A stretch of DNA of 64,000 nucleotides from Chiloscyllium plagiosum (Eukaryota). Shown here piece after piece: positions 13,361 through 25,514 of this stretch. A program made the position numbers and the translations under genes. The stretch is taken from assembly GCF_004010195.1 (NCBI RefSeq), contig NC_057719.1, forward strand, positions 69,564,401-69,628,400. The letters are read 5' to 3'. The notes under the pieces were generated by a model that saw only the letters and a list, made by a program, of their open reading frames with translations, ran no database searches and had not been told where the DNA came from. The stretch's first letter is position 1, and each line of letters begins with the position of its first letter.

Positions 13361-13384
13361 AATTCATAATATCTCGCATCTAAA

Positions 13385-13520
13385 CTTCAAGTCAAACTCC
13401 AGAGACTTGAGTACACTTTTCACGTGGAGATTATTGTATGGAACTGAGGAAATGTTGCACTGTTGAAGGTGCCGTGTTTTAAATGAGACCTTGAACTTGG
13501 CTGACATCTGTCTTCTCATT
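13385..13520 (+). mobile_element. Deu-domain SINE fragment
   Basis: actccagagacttgagtac...actgaggaaatgttgcactgttgaaggtgccgtgttttaaatgagac. Confidence 0.6.
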
Positions 13521-13534
13521 TGGGACTAAACGTT

Positions 13535-14350
13535 CTGAGAATCTGAGGAGTCATGAATAGTACTGAACACTGGAGATCATCACCAGACATCCCATTTTTG
13601 ACTTTATGATAGATAGAGTCTATTGATGAAGCAGCTGAAGACGGTCTGACCTCGGGCACTACCCAAGAAACTCCTGCAGTGATGTCTTGGAGTTGAAATC
13701 ATTGGCCCGCAACAACAACTTTGTGCTTAGTATGATTCACAACAGATAGGTTTTTCTTCTGATTTCTGCTGCTTCCAGTTTTGCTAATGCTCCTTGATCC
13801 CACACTTGGTCAAATCCTGCCTTGATGTCAAGGCAGTCAGCTTCACCTCACTTCAGGAATTAATTTCTTTTGTATGTGTTTAAATCAAGACTGTAATGAA
13901 GTCTGAAGCTGAGTGGCCCTGGTAGAAATTAAACTGGGCATCAGTGAGTGCACTGTTGGTGAATAAGTACCATTGATAGCATTGTCAAAGATACATTCTA
14001 TCACTTTGCTGACAATTGACAGAGATTGATGGAGTGGAAATTGGCTGGTTTGGATTTGTCCTGCTGTTTGTGGACAAGACATGCCGAGCAATTTTTCATA
14101 TTTCCAGATGGATGCCACTGTAGTAGTCCTATTGGAACCACTTGGTCATGGCTTAGCTATTTCTGGAGCACAAATCTTCATTGTTGCTCATGAGATGCTG
14201 TCAGGGCCCATACACTTTGTTATTTATAGTGCATTCAGTCATTTCTTCATCAAATCATCTGAAGTCTAGCATTGGTGATGATGGAGACCTCAGGAGGAAG
14301 GTGAAATGGGTCATACACTTGACACATCTGGCTGAAGTTGACGGAAGATG
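13535..14350 (-). mobile_element. Non-LTR retrotransposon RT fragment (family with a DIKAAFD.VWH-type motif)
   Basis: The reverse strand encodes a SL.SI.SKV.E-like motif and DIKAGFDQVW. It appears to be the same family as 21575-21980 and 45230-46820. Confidence 0.75.
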
Positions 14351-15065
14351 CAATGGTCTAATGCAGTAATATGATATGTGGATGGCATTGTTTTTGAATC
14401 CTACCTCTGGTTGATATTTATTTAATTGTCCATTATTACTCAGGTTACCATGTCGCTGAGTTCTCACAGGACCCAAACATGCAAGATGCAGGAAATACTC
14501 AACAGCTTTTGGAAGTATTAATATTAAGTTTCTCAACCTCTAAATGATGTGGATGATTTTGAGTTCAATTGGGAAAAATTGTGAGTTCAGAAAAATGAGT
14601 AAGGAAAGTCCAATCCTGCAGCTTTGAATGATGAAATGAGATCTTGTTAGTGAGCAGCAAGAAGCCTATTTACATGCATTTATGTGTCATTAGTATGAAA
14701 GCTCACATAATTGAAATGCAATTTTCTATTTTCCCATACATGGCTAGAAAATAGACATTGGCAATTTTCAACATAAATGTCAGAGCGGGCACCTGGTAGC
14801 TCCAGATGACCACTGCTCCTCCAGGCCTCCATCCTGAACATAAGTTCTTAACATCTCAGGGTACTCTTCATTGACACTGACTGCCTGCATCCCCCATCCG
14901 TGAAGGTTAGTATTAGATATGTACCAGCATTACCATTCCCTCATGGTGTTCTTGATCCACTTAGACTACAATTTGCTCCTTCAATGCTGGACCATGGAGC
15001 ACATTGGAATCTCTCATTGTAACGCTGCTGTCAGAATCCTTTGTGTGCAGGGACAAGTATTTATA

Positions 15066-15935
15066 CAGTCATAGAGTATAGAGATGTACAGCAAGGAAAC
15101 AGATACTTCAGTCCAACTCATCCATACTGACCGGATATCTTATATAAATTTAGTCCCATTTAGCCTATATCCCTCTTAACCCTTCTATTCATGTACCCAT
15201 CCAAATGATTTTTAAATGTAATTATACCAGTCCACACCACTTCCTCTGGAAGCTCATTCCATACACGCATCATCCTTTGCCCAAAAATGTGTCCCTTAGG
15301 TCCCTTATAAATCTTGCCCCTCTCACCTTAAACCTATGTCCTCTAGTTTTGGATTCCATGACTCTGGGAAAAGGCCTTGGCGGTTCACCCTATTCATGCT
15401 CCTCATGATGTTGTAAACCTCTTTAGTGTTACCCATCAGCCTCTGACACACCAGGGAAAATAGCCTCAACATCTCCATATAGTTCAAACCCTCCAATACT
15501 GGCAATATCTTTGTAAATCTTTCTGAACCTTTTCAAGTTTAATATCATCTTTCCTATAGTATGGAGACCAGAATTAAATGCAGTATTCAAAAAGTGGCCT
15601 AATCAATATCCTGTACAACTGTAACATGACCTCCTAACTCCTATACTTAATCCACTGATCAATAAAGGCAAGCATACCAAACACCTTCTTCGCTATCCTG
15701 TCTACCTGTGACTCCACTTTCAAGGAAACTGCACCCCAAAGACTCTTTGTTGAGCAACTATCCCCAGAACCTGACCATTAAGTGATTATGTCCAGCCCTG
15801 ATTTGCCTTACCAACTTGGAACACCTCACATTTATTGAAATTAAACTCCATCTGCCACTCCTTGGCCCACTGCTCATCTGATCAAGGTCCCATTGAACTC
15901 TGAGGTAACCTTCTTGGCTGTTCACTACACCACAA
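15066..15935 (-). mobile_element. CR1 3' fragment
   Basis: RT C-terminus on the minus strand (LEGLNY..L.LFSL) plus the CR1 3' UTR and tail. Confidence 0.9.
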
Positions 15936-17099
15936 AATATGCTTCAACTAAATAGCTATGTCTGCAAGTCTAAGAGGAATACTCCTCTGTCAAGTCAAGC
16001 GGACTGATTTCAGTGAGATTGTCCTGCCACAGTCAGCCAAGAGCTAATCTTAGTCCATGGGCTTGGACTCAGCAAAGGGAATTCCATATAAGTGTTGTCC
16101 AGGGAGAGGGTCAACATGCCCCAATGCTACTCATCTGAGGAGTTGCACAAAGATCAGTCGGAGGCTCAGTTGCCCACCAGTTGAGTCTGCATGTCCAAAT
16201 TAGTAAAGGAGGTAGGCCCTAGTAAGTCCTGGAGTTCAGCTTAATGAAACTTTTGGTGGGGGGTGGGTTTAAGGAACATTGCTGTTGTAGTGAAAGTAGA
16301 AAGTCAATTGTGGACATTGGAGGCACTATGCTGAGATACTGAGAGGATGATAACTTTGAAGAGCAGCAACTGAACATATAAGTGGTGAGAGAATAATGCA
16401 TTGGAGTACATAGGTTACAGAGGGAAGGAGATGCCATTGACAGTCACAACCATCCTGGTTTTGACACGGGAACAATGCAGCATGATGATTGGCAAGCCAA
16501 AGCTGTAGACTGGGAGTCAGAGTTATTGTTGGGAGTTGAAGACATAAATAAAAGGGCTGGCTGAGAATATGTGGAAGCTCAGTCCTGCTGGGGTTGACAG
16601 TGCTTGCAAGGCGGAGGTCAGGAGGTTTATCTGATTACCAGAATGAACCTATGATGCACTTTGCCAAGCAAAACATACAAATCATAAATGTGCAATGGAA
16701 ATGGAAAATGCCTGCAACCAAACCCAAAGTGGGTGGAGTAAGGGCTTCTTTTCTGTCTGAGCACGACGGCTCTACTTATTTGGGGCACTTCAATTGCATT
16801 TGTATGAATTAGGCACTATGCAGCACAGATTGCTAACATCAGTTATCACAGTGCCCTGCATGTGAAGTGTATGCAGTGTCCATCTGTGTGAGATAAAGAC
16901 TCTGGCCACAAGCAAACTTGACCATGTCATTAGTTACTGCGGATTAACGATAATCATCCCAGTCAAGCAGAAGTAATGCAGGCAACTTTAAAAGTGGCAT
17001 CAGATGCATATAGCATTCTGCTTCTGCTATTTGGTACTACTGTGCTATTGCTTCATTGGTTTAGCACCTCCTTATCATGTATGCCTGATGCTGCTTCAG

Positions 17100-18314
17100 C
17101 ATGTTGTCCTAAACTCTTCAAAATCACCCCCTATGCAAGTTGGGAAAGTATGGCTCATCTCTCTCTCGCTGACCATTTTGTCAAATTTATTGAAATCTTC
17201 ATTCTAAAGTTGGCAATGATTAATATGATGAAGCATTTAGACTATCAACTGTGTGACAGTAAAAATGAATTATCCATGGTACATTGTCTTCTGGATCTCC
17301 TCAATCAACTGTATCTTAACACTGATAAACAGAAAACACTATCAATCATGGTGTCAACTGATTTTAAGTAAATACTTGGTAACTGTGCAATCAACAATGT
17401 CCTTCAATTATGAATAAGATATTCATGTTTAAACTAAATCTCAGACATTCGCAACAGTCAATAACAATGTATTTAACAGGAGTCGAGTGTTTCCCGTTGG
17501 ATAATGCTACATGCGAGGATCCCATAAGGAACCAAATTATTTTTAGTCATCACATATATTGCCTGTATTGATTTCGCCACACTTACTCATTGCTACAAAT
17601 AGGGGGGTGACATGATCTTCTTAGAAAATCATAATCAAGGTAATGCAATTCACATGGAAGGGTTGATCACTTTGATAGATGAACAGGCAAAGGTGAATCG
17701 TGAGACTAAACCCCCAAATATGAAACAATACTGTATTGTGTTCCATGTACTACTCTCCTGATTTCTGTCATTAACTTAGGTGACACTTACGTTGCACAAC
17801 AAATACTCGCTAAACTATTAATAATCAACATTCAACATGACTTGGGATTATCAAGTGCATGAAATGCTGAAAGGAACAAATGAAAGATTTCACACACCAT
17901 GACTTTTCAACTGGCATCAAACACTGACATATTCACTGTGTTTAATAGTTACATAAGTCCTTTGTTGAATGTGCAACACTGTTTTGGAATGCTGGACTTA
18001 TGAGAAAGCAATTGAACCAGTTCAAAAGCATTCCAAAATGAGCATTGAAAATAATCCTAGGTGATGTGTACCAAAACTATGCTGACACAAAAAAATAAAT
18101 GAATGTGTGTTCTCATGCAGAAAGACAAATGAAAAGCTTGGTCTGGACTTTGCTAGAAAACTCCTGCCATCATCTCTTGCCAGAACCACAGAAACGTAAA
18201 CGTGTGATAGAATTAAAAAGTATAGATACAATTCTGCAAATAAGGTACAGAATGAATAGATCACAAGACAGACCAATCTCCTCCTTGATAAAACTATTCA
18301 ATAGATGTAAATAG
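17100..18314 (+). mobile_element. Ancient L2/Crack/Daphne-like LINE RT relic
   Basis: HLSLADHFVKFIEIFI...LSMVHCLLDLLNQLYLNTDKQKTLSIMVSTDFK matches the RT segment before 'DFSKAFD'. The C-terminal ALKIILG..Y, LGLDFARK, LLP and PISSLIKLFN pattern is distinct from the young CR1s. Confidence 0.65.
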
Positions 18315-18355
18315 TTGAGAATTTAATTACACCAACCTGATGAAACATGATCAGT

Positions 18356-18770
18356 GAACAAAGAACAAAGAATAAAGAAAATTTACAGCCCAGGAACATG
18401 CCCTTCGGCCCTCCAAGCCTGAACCAATCCAAATCTACTGTTTAAACCTGTCACCCAGTTCCTAAGCATCTGTAACCCTCTGCTCCCCACCTACTCATGC
18501 ATCGGTCCAGACGCATCTTAAATGATGCATCTTAAATGAATCTACCATGCCTGCCTCTACTACCTCTGCTGGCAACGTGTTCCAGGTACCTACCACCCAC
18601 TGTGCAAAGTACTTGCCGCGTGTATCCACCTTAAACTTTTCACCTCTCACCTTGAAAGCGTGACCTCTCATTATTGAATTCTTCACCCTGGGAAAAAAGC
18701 TTATCTGTCTATACTCTTCATGATTTTGTAGACCTCAATCAGGTCCCCCCTCAATCTCTTTTTTTCAAAC
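18356..18770 (-). mobile_element. CR1 3' fragment
   Basis: ORF 18495-18686 (RGHAFKVRGEKF..DTRGKYF.QWVVGTWNTLP) with an (aagaaca)n tail. Confidence 0.9.
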
Positions 18771-19444
18771 GAGAACAAAAACCAAAATGCAGGTTGTAGG
18801 AGACCTATTATTTTTACACTGTAAATTAATGAGATCTGCATTTTATAATGAATAAAATTCTTTTACAATTGTACAATTCTTTTATTATTTCATACTTAAG
18901 TTTAATTTTAATGGTAGTCGATAGCTATGTCAGTCACTGATGTCACTAAATTACAAGTACTTGTTTTATTCATATGGCCATCACAATTTGACACGTGCTC
19001 TCATGATAATATTTATATAAAACAATTATCTATTTATCGAAGTTGAATTGATTCTCCAGCTTGATGACAATGTGAGAGTGAGAAATATGCTTGGTCAAGA
19101 GGTTGCAGCTTATTATCGAATAGATTTTGGCAACTATTGCTTGCCTGCTGTGTCACTTTGCAGTTTGGTGATAATACTGAAATCAACATTTTGCCTGCCA
19201 CATTACTTGGACCTATTCACTATCACTTGTTAGCTTCCAGGGCGGATTATTTGAAGGGGGAGATATAAGACTGACATCTAAATATAATTTCATAATTTGA
19301 TTGTGAAACTAAACTTGATTAGATGAATTGATGAGTTGCTTTGAAAGGATCAAGCAGTGGAAATTATCAGAGATGTAAGTGGACAATCAGATTTTACTTT
19401 TGAAACAGTCCAGTCTTAATTGATTTCTGTCCAATAGCACATAT

Positions 19445-20380
19445 TATAAAAGAAAACTTTTCTGGAGTATAAAGTTGAAGAAATGTTGTCAGCCTGAAAT
19501 TATCTGTCCATTTTGAACTTATTTCCACTGTCAAAGCAGGAAAGTCATTGAAACATCACTCATTTTGCAAAGTGAGTTGTTCTGTAAAGTTGGAAGAATT
19601 TGAAATGATAGAATAGATGTTTCCTGGCTCCCAAAACTCAACCCTGGAAAATGTGGCTCATTGGCTCGAGTACCTGATGGACCAAAGAGTTATGGAAATT
19701 TGACAAATCCATTATTCCAGTGTGATGTTGTACATGTAGTGGGAAAGAGGACAACGTTCTGAGGGCAGTATATCTGTCTCTGACAATGGTGCCAACAATG
19801 ATTTGTCCAGGATTGCGGAGAAAGTGGCATGCTGTATTAGAAGAAGGTAAGTGATAAGCCCGTACGTTGCCATCAGAAGCTCAGTCATCCCCATGTTATC
19901 ACTGGCACTGAGACACTGGCACTGGCACTGGCACTGGCACTGAGGTGATGATCCTGAACTTAATGTGGTGTGCCTGGAGCTTATGAGTCACATCTACAGA
20001 GCATTCAATTTCTTTCAAGACAATGCAGCCTCATTTCAGCAAAGTGTAAGTGGATTCCAATTGAATGTACCTCAGTCAATCTGAATCCTACGTAAACAAT
20101 TGGAGCATAACTAGAACATCAAAATCAACTTCTGATTCAGAAACTAGAACATAACTTTGAACTTCAGAGGCAGGAACTGCAGCTTGGTCAGCAATAGAAT
20201 CTGACTGGGATTGCAGAGCTTGCACCTTCTGACCAGGAGCTGCCCCTTGCAGTGACCACCTGAAGTCCACTGCTGGCTGGCTTGAATCCAGGACTGAGGA
20301 GGTCCCATCACAGAGAGGGAGAAACATACAAGAAAATTTTCTTGCCCCCTTATAACCTTTTGGTCCCCTATTCATTTATC
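19445..20380 (+). pseudogene. Possible Harbinger second (Myb/SANT) ORF relic
   Basis: KENFS/EYKVEEML (frameshifted) near 19450, and coiled-coil-like LEHQNQLLIQKLEHNFELQRQELQ near 20110-20195. It is convergent with the transposase relic. Confidence 0.35.
19901..19943 (+). repeat. (CTGGCA)n microsatellite
   Basis: Direct observation of actggcactggcactggcactggcactg. Confidence 0.9.
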
Positions 20381-20829
20381 ATGGCAGGGCAAATATTTTC
20401 TCTGTATTCCTTCACTTTGACGTGCTTGTCTCACATTTGACTGCACATTTTGTTCTGTAATTTTTAACTTATGGTTCACTTTCTTGAAGACACTATATAT
20501 TAATAAATGCTTTCATAATTTTACTTGCATTGTTGTACCTCGGTTTGTTAGTTGTTAAAATTATCGGTCATTCATTCAAATGTAATCACTGTTCTGATGT
20601 TAAGGACACACACTTGCATTCATTTCTTTCATACATAGATTAATTTTATTCTACATAAATAATGCCAAAGAAGTACAAAAACAATAGGTGAAGGTTCTTT
20701 TACAGGTGAAGGTTGACATATAAATTAGCTATCTCTGAAATTGTTTCTTTTTCTAAATAAATTTATTTTGATTATATCTTTAACAACAGTTTCCTTATTA
20801 TTCAGGAGGAAGAGAGAGACAACAATCAC

Positions 20830-21570
20830 TAAGTTTTGATGGGTAAAAATTGGATCAGTAAGGTGATCTGATGGTGGTTCGTGCTTAGCTATTTCACTGT
20901 TCTTTAGAAGCATATCCAGCTGTTGTTGATGTTGATCCATTTCATCCACTTATGCTGCTAGTTCATCTCCAGGATTAAGGGTCAGTCCTTCTTGGATAAC
21001 ATGTTGTCCAGTGCACAACATGGCATGACAATTTTGAACAATATTGAGTGTTAACTGCGATGTTTCCCCTAACATATTCAAGCAATGTAATCGTGATTTG
21101 AATACTCCACTTGCCCCCTCCATCACTTGATCATTGCTTTGTGTGCAATGTTAGACTTTTTGTAAATCACAGTGAGGTTCTGTCAAATGGTGTCATAGTA
21201 TTTTTAATGGATACTCTTTATCACCCATAGAATATTGACTGTAGAATTCAAGATTGTTACACCTATGTGTTTGCCAGGATGAATGAATCATGCACCCTCC
21301 CTCTCTTATTGCATTCATATTTAAAATTTTCATATCTGCAATCATGATATTCAAAGAATGGAACCTCTTCCTGTAGATAAAGGAATAGTTGCCTGTAGTG
21401 GTGCCTTCAATGTAATATGTGTTCTATCAATAGGCTGACCACTTTCAAGTAGCCAGAAATCCTGTACAATGCAAAAGACCTCTCCTTCATCTTCACATGA
21501 GACATGTCAAAGTTAATGGGTTCTGAATCCCTCCAACAGTTGACTCAAACACCTGCAGCAAACTATGAAT
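20830..21570 (-). pseudogene. PIF/Harbinger (HARBI1-like) DDE transposase relic
   Basis: The reverse strand gives, in order: ISGYLKVV, IDRTHITLKAP, YRKRFHSLN, GRVHDSFIL, GDKEYPL, VMEGASGVFKSRLHCL, KIVMPCCALDN. Multiple frameshifts. Confidence 0.85.
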
Positions 21571-21574
21571 TATG

Positions 21575-21980
21575 AGTATCCTATCACATTCCTAACTTGT
21601 GCCTTGTAGAAAGTCATCTGGCTTTGCAAAGACAGGAGTGAGCTGCTTGCTGCAGGATTCCAAGTCTCTGACCTAATCTTGTAGCCACTGTATACAGAGG
21701 TCTACTACAGTTTAGTTTTTCGTCAGTGTTAACTGCAGGATTTTGGTAATGGGGAATTCAGTGATGCTAATGCCATTGAATGTTGAGGGGTGGTGGTTAG
21801 ATTCTCTCTTGTTGGAGATGCTTATTGCCTGGCACATGTGTGTTGCAAATGTTACTTGCTGCTTTTCAGTTGAAGCTTAGATACTGTCCAGGTTTATTGC
21901 ATTTGAATAGCTTCAGTATTTGAGGAGTCATGTATGGTGGTGAATGTTATACAATAACCAGCAAATATTTCCATTTTTGA
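21575..21980 (-). mobile_element. Non-LTR LINE fragment (same family as 46033-46820)
   Basis: The reverse complement aligns by eye to 46050-46380. Confidence 0.7.
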
Positions 21981-21981
21981 A

Positions 21982-24900
21982 GGTTTTTTTGCAGCAGAGA
22001 GCGGCAGGAGCTGGGAGGAAGTGAAGTCGGAGCGCAAAGCCGGTTGGGAAGGTAAGTGATTGTTATTTAAGAACTTACCTCGACGCCAACGGTCTTTTTG
22101 CAGCAGAGAGTGGCGGGAGCTGGGCGGAAGTGAAGTCGGAGCGCAAAGCCGGTCGGGAAGGTAAGTGATTGTTATTTGAGTGGGTGTGTTCTAGACCCCA
22201 GGTCCTACAAAGTAGGGCCTCCCTCCCACTCTCCTCCTCTAACCTAACTTTAAAGTCCACAGACTTGCCCCCAGAGAGTCCAGGGAAGTTCCTGTTGAGA
22301 GAAGAGAGAGTCTTTAGCTCAGGANNNNNNNNNNNNNNNNNNNNNNNNNNNNNNNNNNNNNNNNNNNNNNNNNNNNNNNNNNNNNNNNNNNNNNNNNNNN
22401 NNNNNNNNNNNNNNNNNNNNNNNNNNNNNNNNNNNNNNNNNNNNNNNNNNNNNNNNNNNNNNNNNNNNNNNNNNNNNNNNNNNNNNNNNNNNNNNNNNNN
22501 NNNNNNNNNNNNNNNNNNNNNNNNNNNNNNNNNNNNNNNNNNNNNNNNNNNNNNNNNNNNNNNNNNNNNNNNNNNNNNNNNNNNNNNNNNNNNNNNNNNN
22601 NNNNNNNNNNNNNNNNNNNNNNNNNNNNNNNNNNNNNNNNNNNNNNNNNNNNNNNNNNNNNNNNNNNNNNNNNNNNNNNNNNNNNNNNNNNNNNNNNNNN
22701 NNNNNNNNNNNNNNNNNNNNNNNNNNNNNNNNNNNNNNNNNNNNNNNNNNNNNNNNNNNNNNNNNNNNNNNNNNNNNNNNNNNNNNNNNNNNNNNNNNNN
22801 NNNNNNNNNNNNNNNNNNNNNNNNNNNNNNNNNNNNNNNNNNNNNNNNNNNNNNNNNNNNNNNNNNNNNNNNNNNNNNNNNNNNNNNNNNNNNNNNNNNN
22901 NNNNNNNNNNNNNNNNNNNNNNNNNNNNNNNNNNNNNNNNNNNNNNNNNNNNNNNNNNNNNNNNNNNNNNNNNNNNNNNNNNNNNNNNNNNNNNNNNNNN
23001 NNNNNNNNNNNNNNNNNNNNNNNNNNNNAAGTTTAAGAAGGAAATTGAAGGGAAAGTTAGAACAAGGGAAGTCAAGAAAGACAATGGTATCAATGAAGCA
23101 GAAAACTCAAAAAGGGATCATGCTGTAAGGTTGAGTGAAATAGGGGTTGATAGGAAGAGTGAGGGCAGTAAAAAATTAAAAATACTATATATGAATGCAT
23201 GAAGTATTAGAAATAAGATGGATGAGCTTGAGGCTCTTTTGGAAATTGGCAGCTACAATACTGTGAGGATAACTGAGACGTGGCTTCAAGTGGACAGGGC
23301 CTGGGAAATGAATATTCAAGGCTATACGTGCTATCGTAAGGACAGACTGACGGGCAGAGGGGGTGGGTGGCCCTGTTGGTAAGGGATGATATTCAGTCCC
23401 TTGCGCAGGGGGACCTAGAATCAAGGGATGTAGAGTCAGTATGGATAGAGCTGAGAAATTCTAAGGGTAGAAAGACCCTCTTGGGAGTTATCTACAGGCC
23501 CCAAAACAGTAGCATGGATGTAGGGTGTAAGTTGAATAAGGAGCTGAAATTGGCCGGTCGCAAAGATGTTACTACAGTTGTTATGGGGGATTTCAACAAG
23601 CAGGTAGACTGGGAGAATCAGGATGGTATTGGACCTCAAGAAAGAGACTTTGTGGAGTGCCTCCGAGATGGATTCTTAGAAAAGCTAGTGCTGGAGCCTA
23701 CCAGAGAGAAGGCAATTCTGGATCTGGTATTGTGCAATGAACCAGAATTGATCAGGGACCTCGAAGTGAAGGAGCCATTTGGAGGTAGTGACCATAATAC
23801 AATAAGCTTCAATCTGCAATTTGAAATGGAGAGGGTACAATCGGTAGTGACAATATTTCAGTTGAATAAAGGGAACTATGGAGCTATGAGGGAGGAGCTG
23901 GCCAAAGTTCAATGGTGCAATACCTTAGCAGGGATGGCCGTGGAGGAACAATGGCAGATATTTCTGGGTATAATGCAGAAGATGCAGGATCAGTTCATTC
24001 CAAAAAGGAAGAAAGATCCTATGAGGAGGCAGGGGTGGCCGTGGCTGATGAGGCAAGTTAAGAAACATATAAAGTCAAAAGAGAAAAAGTATAACATAGC
24101 AAAGATGAGTGGGAAAATGGACGACTGGGAAGCTTTTAAAGAACAACAGAGGATTACTAAGAAGGAAATAAGCAGAGAAAAAAAAGAGGTACAAAGGCAA
24201 ACTGGCCAAAAATATAAAGGAGGATAGTAAAAGCTTTTTTAGGTATGTGAAAGGAAAAAAATGGTTAAGACTAAAATTGGGCCCTTGAAGACAGAAACAG
24301 GGGAATATATTANNNNNNNNNNNNNNNNNNNNNNNNNNNNNNNNNNNNNNNNNNNNNNNNNNNNNNNNNNNNNAGTGGCTGAAGGACCTGAACTGAAGGG
24401 AATTTATATTTGCCAGGAATTGGTGTTGGAGAGACTGTTAGATCTGAAGGCTGATAAGTCCATGGGGCCTGATGGTCTACATCCCAGGGTACTGAAGGAG
24501 GTGGCTCGAGCAATCGTGGATACGTTGGTGATTATTTTCCAGAGTTCGATAGATTCAGGATCAATTCCTGCAGATTGGAGGGTGGCTAATGTTGCACCAC
24601 TTTTTAAGAAAGGAGCGAGAGAGAAAACAGGAAATTATAGACCAGTTAGTCTGATCTCAGTGGTGGGAAAGATGCCGGAGTCAATTATAAAGGATGAAAT
24701 TACGACACATCTGGATAGCAGTAACAGGATAGGTCAGAGTCAGCATGGATTTATGAAGGGGAAATCATGCTTGACTAATCTTCTGGGAATTTTTTGAGGA
24801 TGCAACTCTGAAGATGGACAAGGGAGATGTAGTAGATGGACTTTCAGAAAGCTTTTGATAAAGTCCCACACAGGAAGTTAGTGAGTAAAATTAGGGTGCA

Positions 24901-25470
24901 TGGTATTGGGGGCAAAGTACTAGCTTGGACTGAAAATTGGTTGGCTAATAGGAAACAAAGNNNNNNNNNNNNNNNNNNNNNNNNNNNNNNNNNNNNNNNN
25001 NNNNNNNNNNNNNNNNNNNNNNNNNNNNNNNNNNNNNNNNNNNNNNNNNNNNNNNNNNNNNNNNNNNNNNNNNNNNNNNNNNNNNNNNNNNNNNNNNNNN
25101 NNNNNNNNNNNNNNNNNNNNNNNNNNNNNNNNNNNNNNNNNNNNNNNNNNNNNNNNNNNNAATGAAGGCAAGCATTCTGGTACAGCAGGTAGTGAAGAAG
25201 GCTAATAGCATGCTGGCCTTCATAACAAGAGGGATTGAGTATAGAAGCAAAGAGGTTCTTCTGCAGTTGTACAGGGCCCTGGAGAGATCACACCTGGAGT
25301 ACTGTGTGCAGTTCTGGTCTCCAAATTTGAGGAAAGACATTCTGGCTATTGAGGGAGTGCAGCGTAGGTTCACGAGGTCAATTCCTGGAATGGCGGGACT
25401 ATCTTATGTTGAAAAATTGGAGCGACTGGGCTTGTCTACCCTTGAGTTTAGAAGACTGAGAGGGGATCTA
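21982..25470 (+). mobile_element. CR1 LINE with 5' UTR, endonuclease and RT; gapped and 3'-truncated
   Basis: GC-rich tandemly duplicated 5' end. APE endonuclease motifs (YMNA, ITETWL, GVIYRP, MGDFN, LDLV, SDH) in 23185-24227. RT in 24261-25470. N-gaps at 22325-23028, 24313-24373 and 24961-25160. Confidence 0.92.
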
Positions 25471-25514
25471 AAGTTTCAATCTTCATGTTTGCAGCATGAA
25501 GATTGTCAGCACAG

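Noticed and set aside
14760..16800. Further Harbinger relic flanking the CR1 at 15066-15935; also LTR-like or Harbinger-like stretches at ~30180-30700, 43930-44500, 47300-48060, 53380-53900 and 55820-56660
   Set aside because: Only faint resemblance; I could not verify paired termini or clear protein motifs.
22169..23128. Long ORFs of 180-320 aa here and at 24945-25373, 40451-41035 and 50737-51369
   Set aside because: Their length comes from translating through N-gaps.
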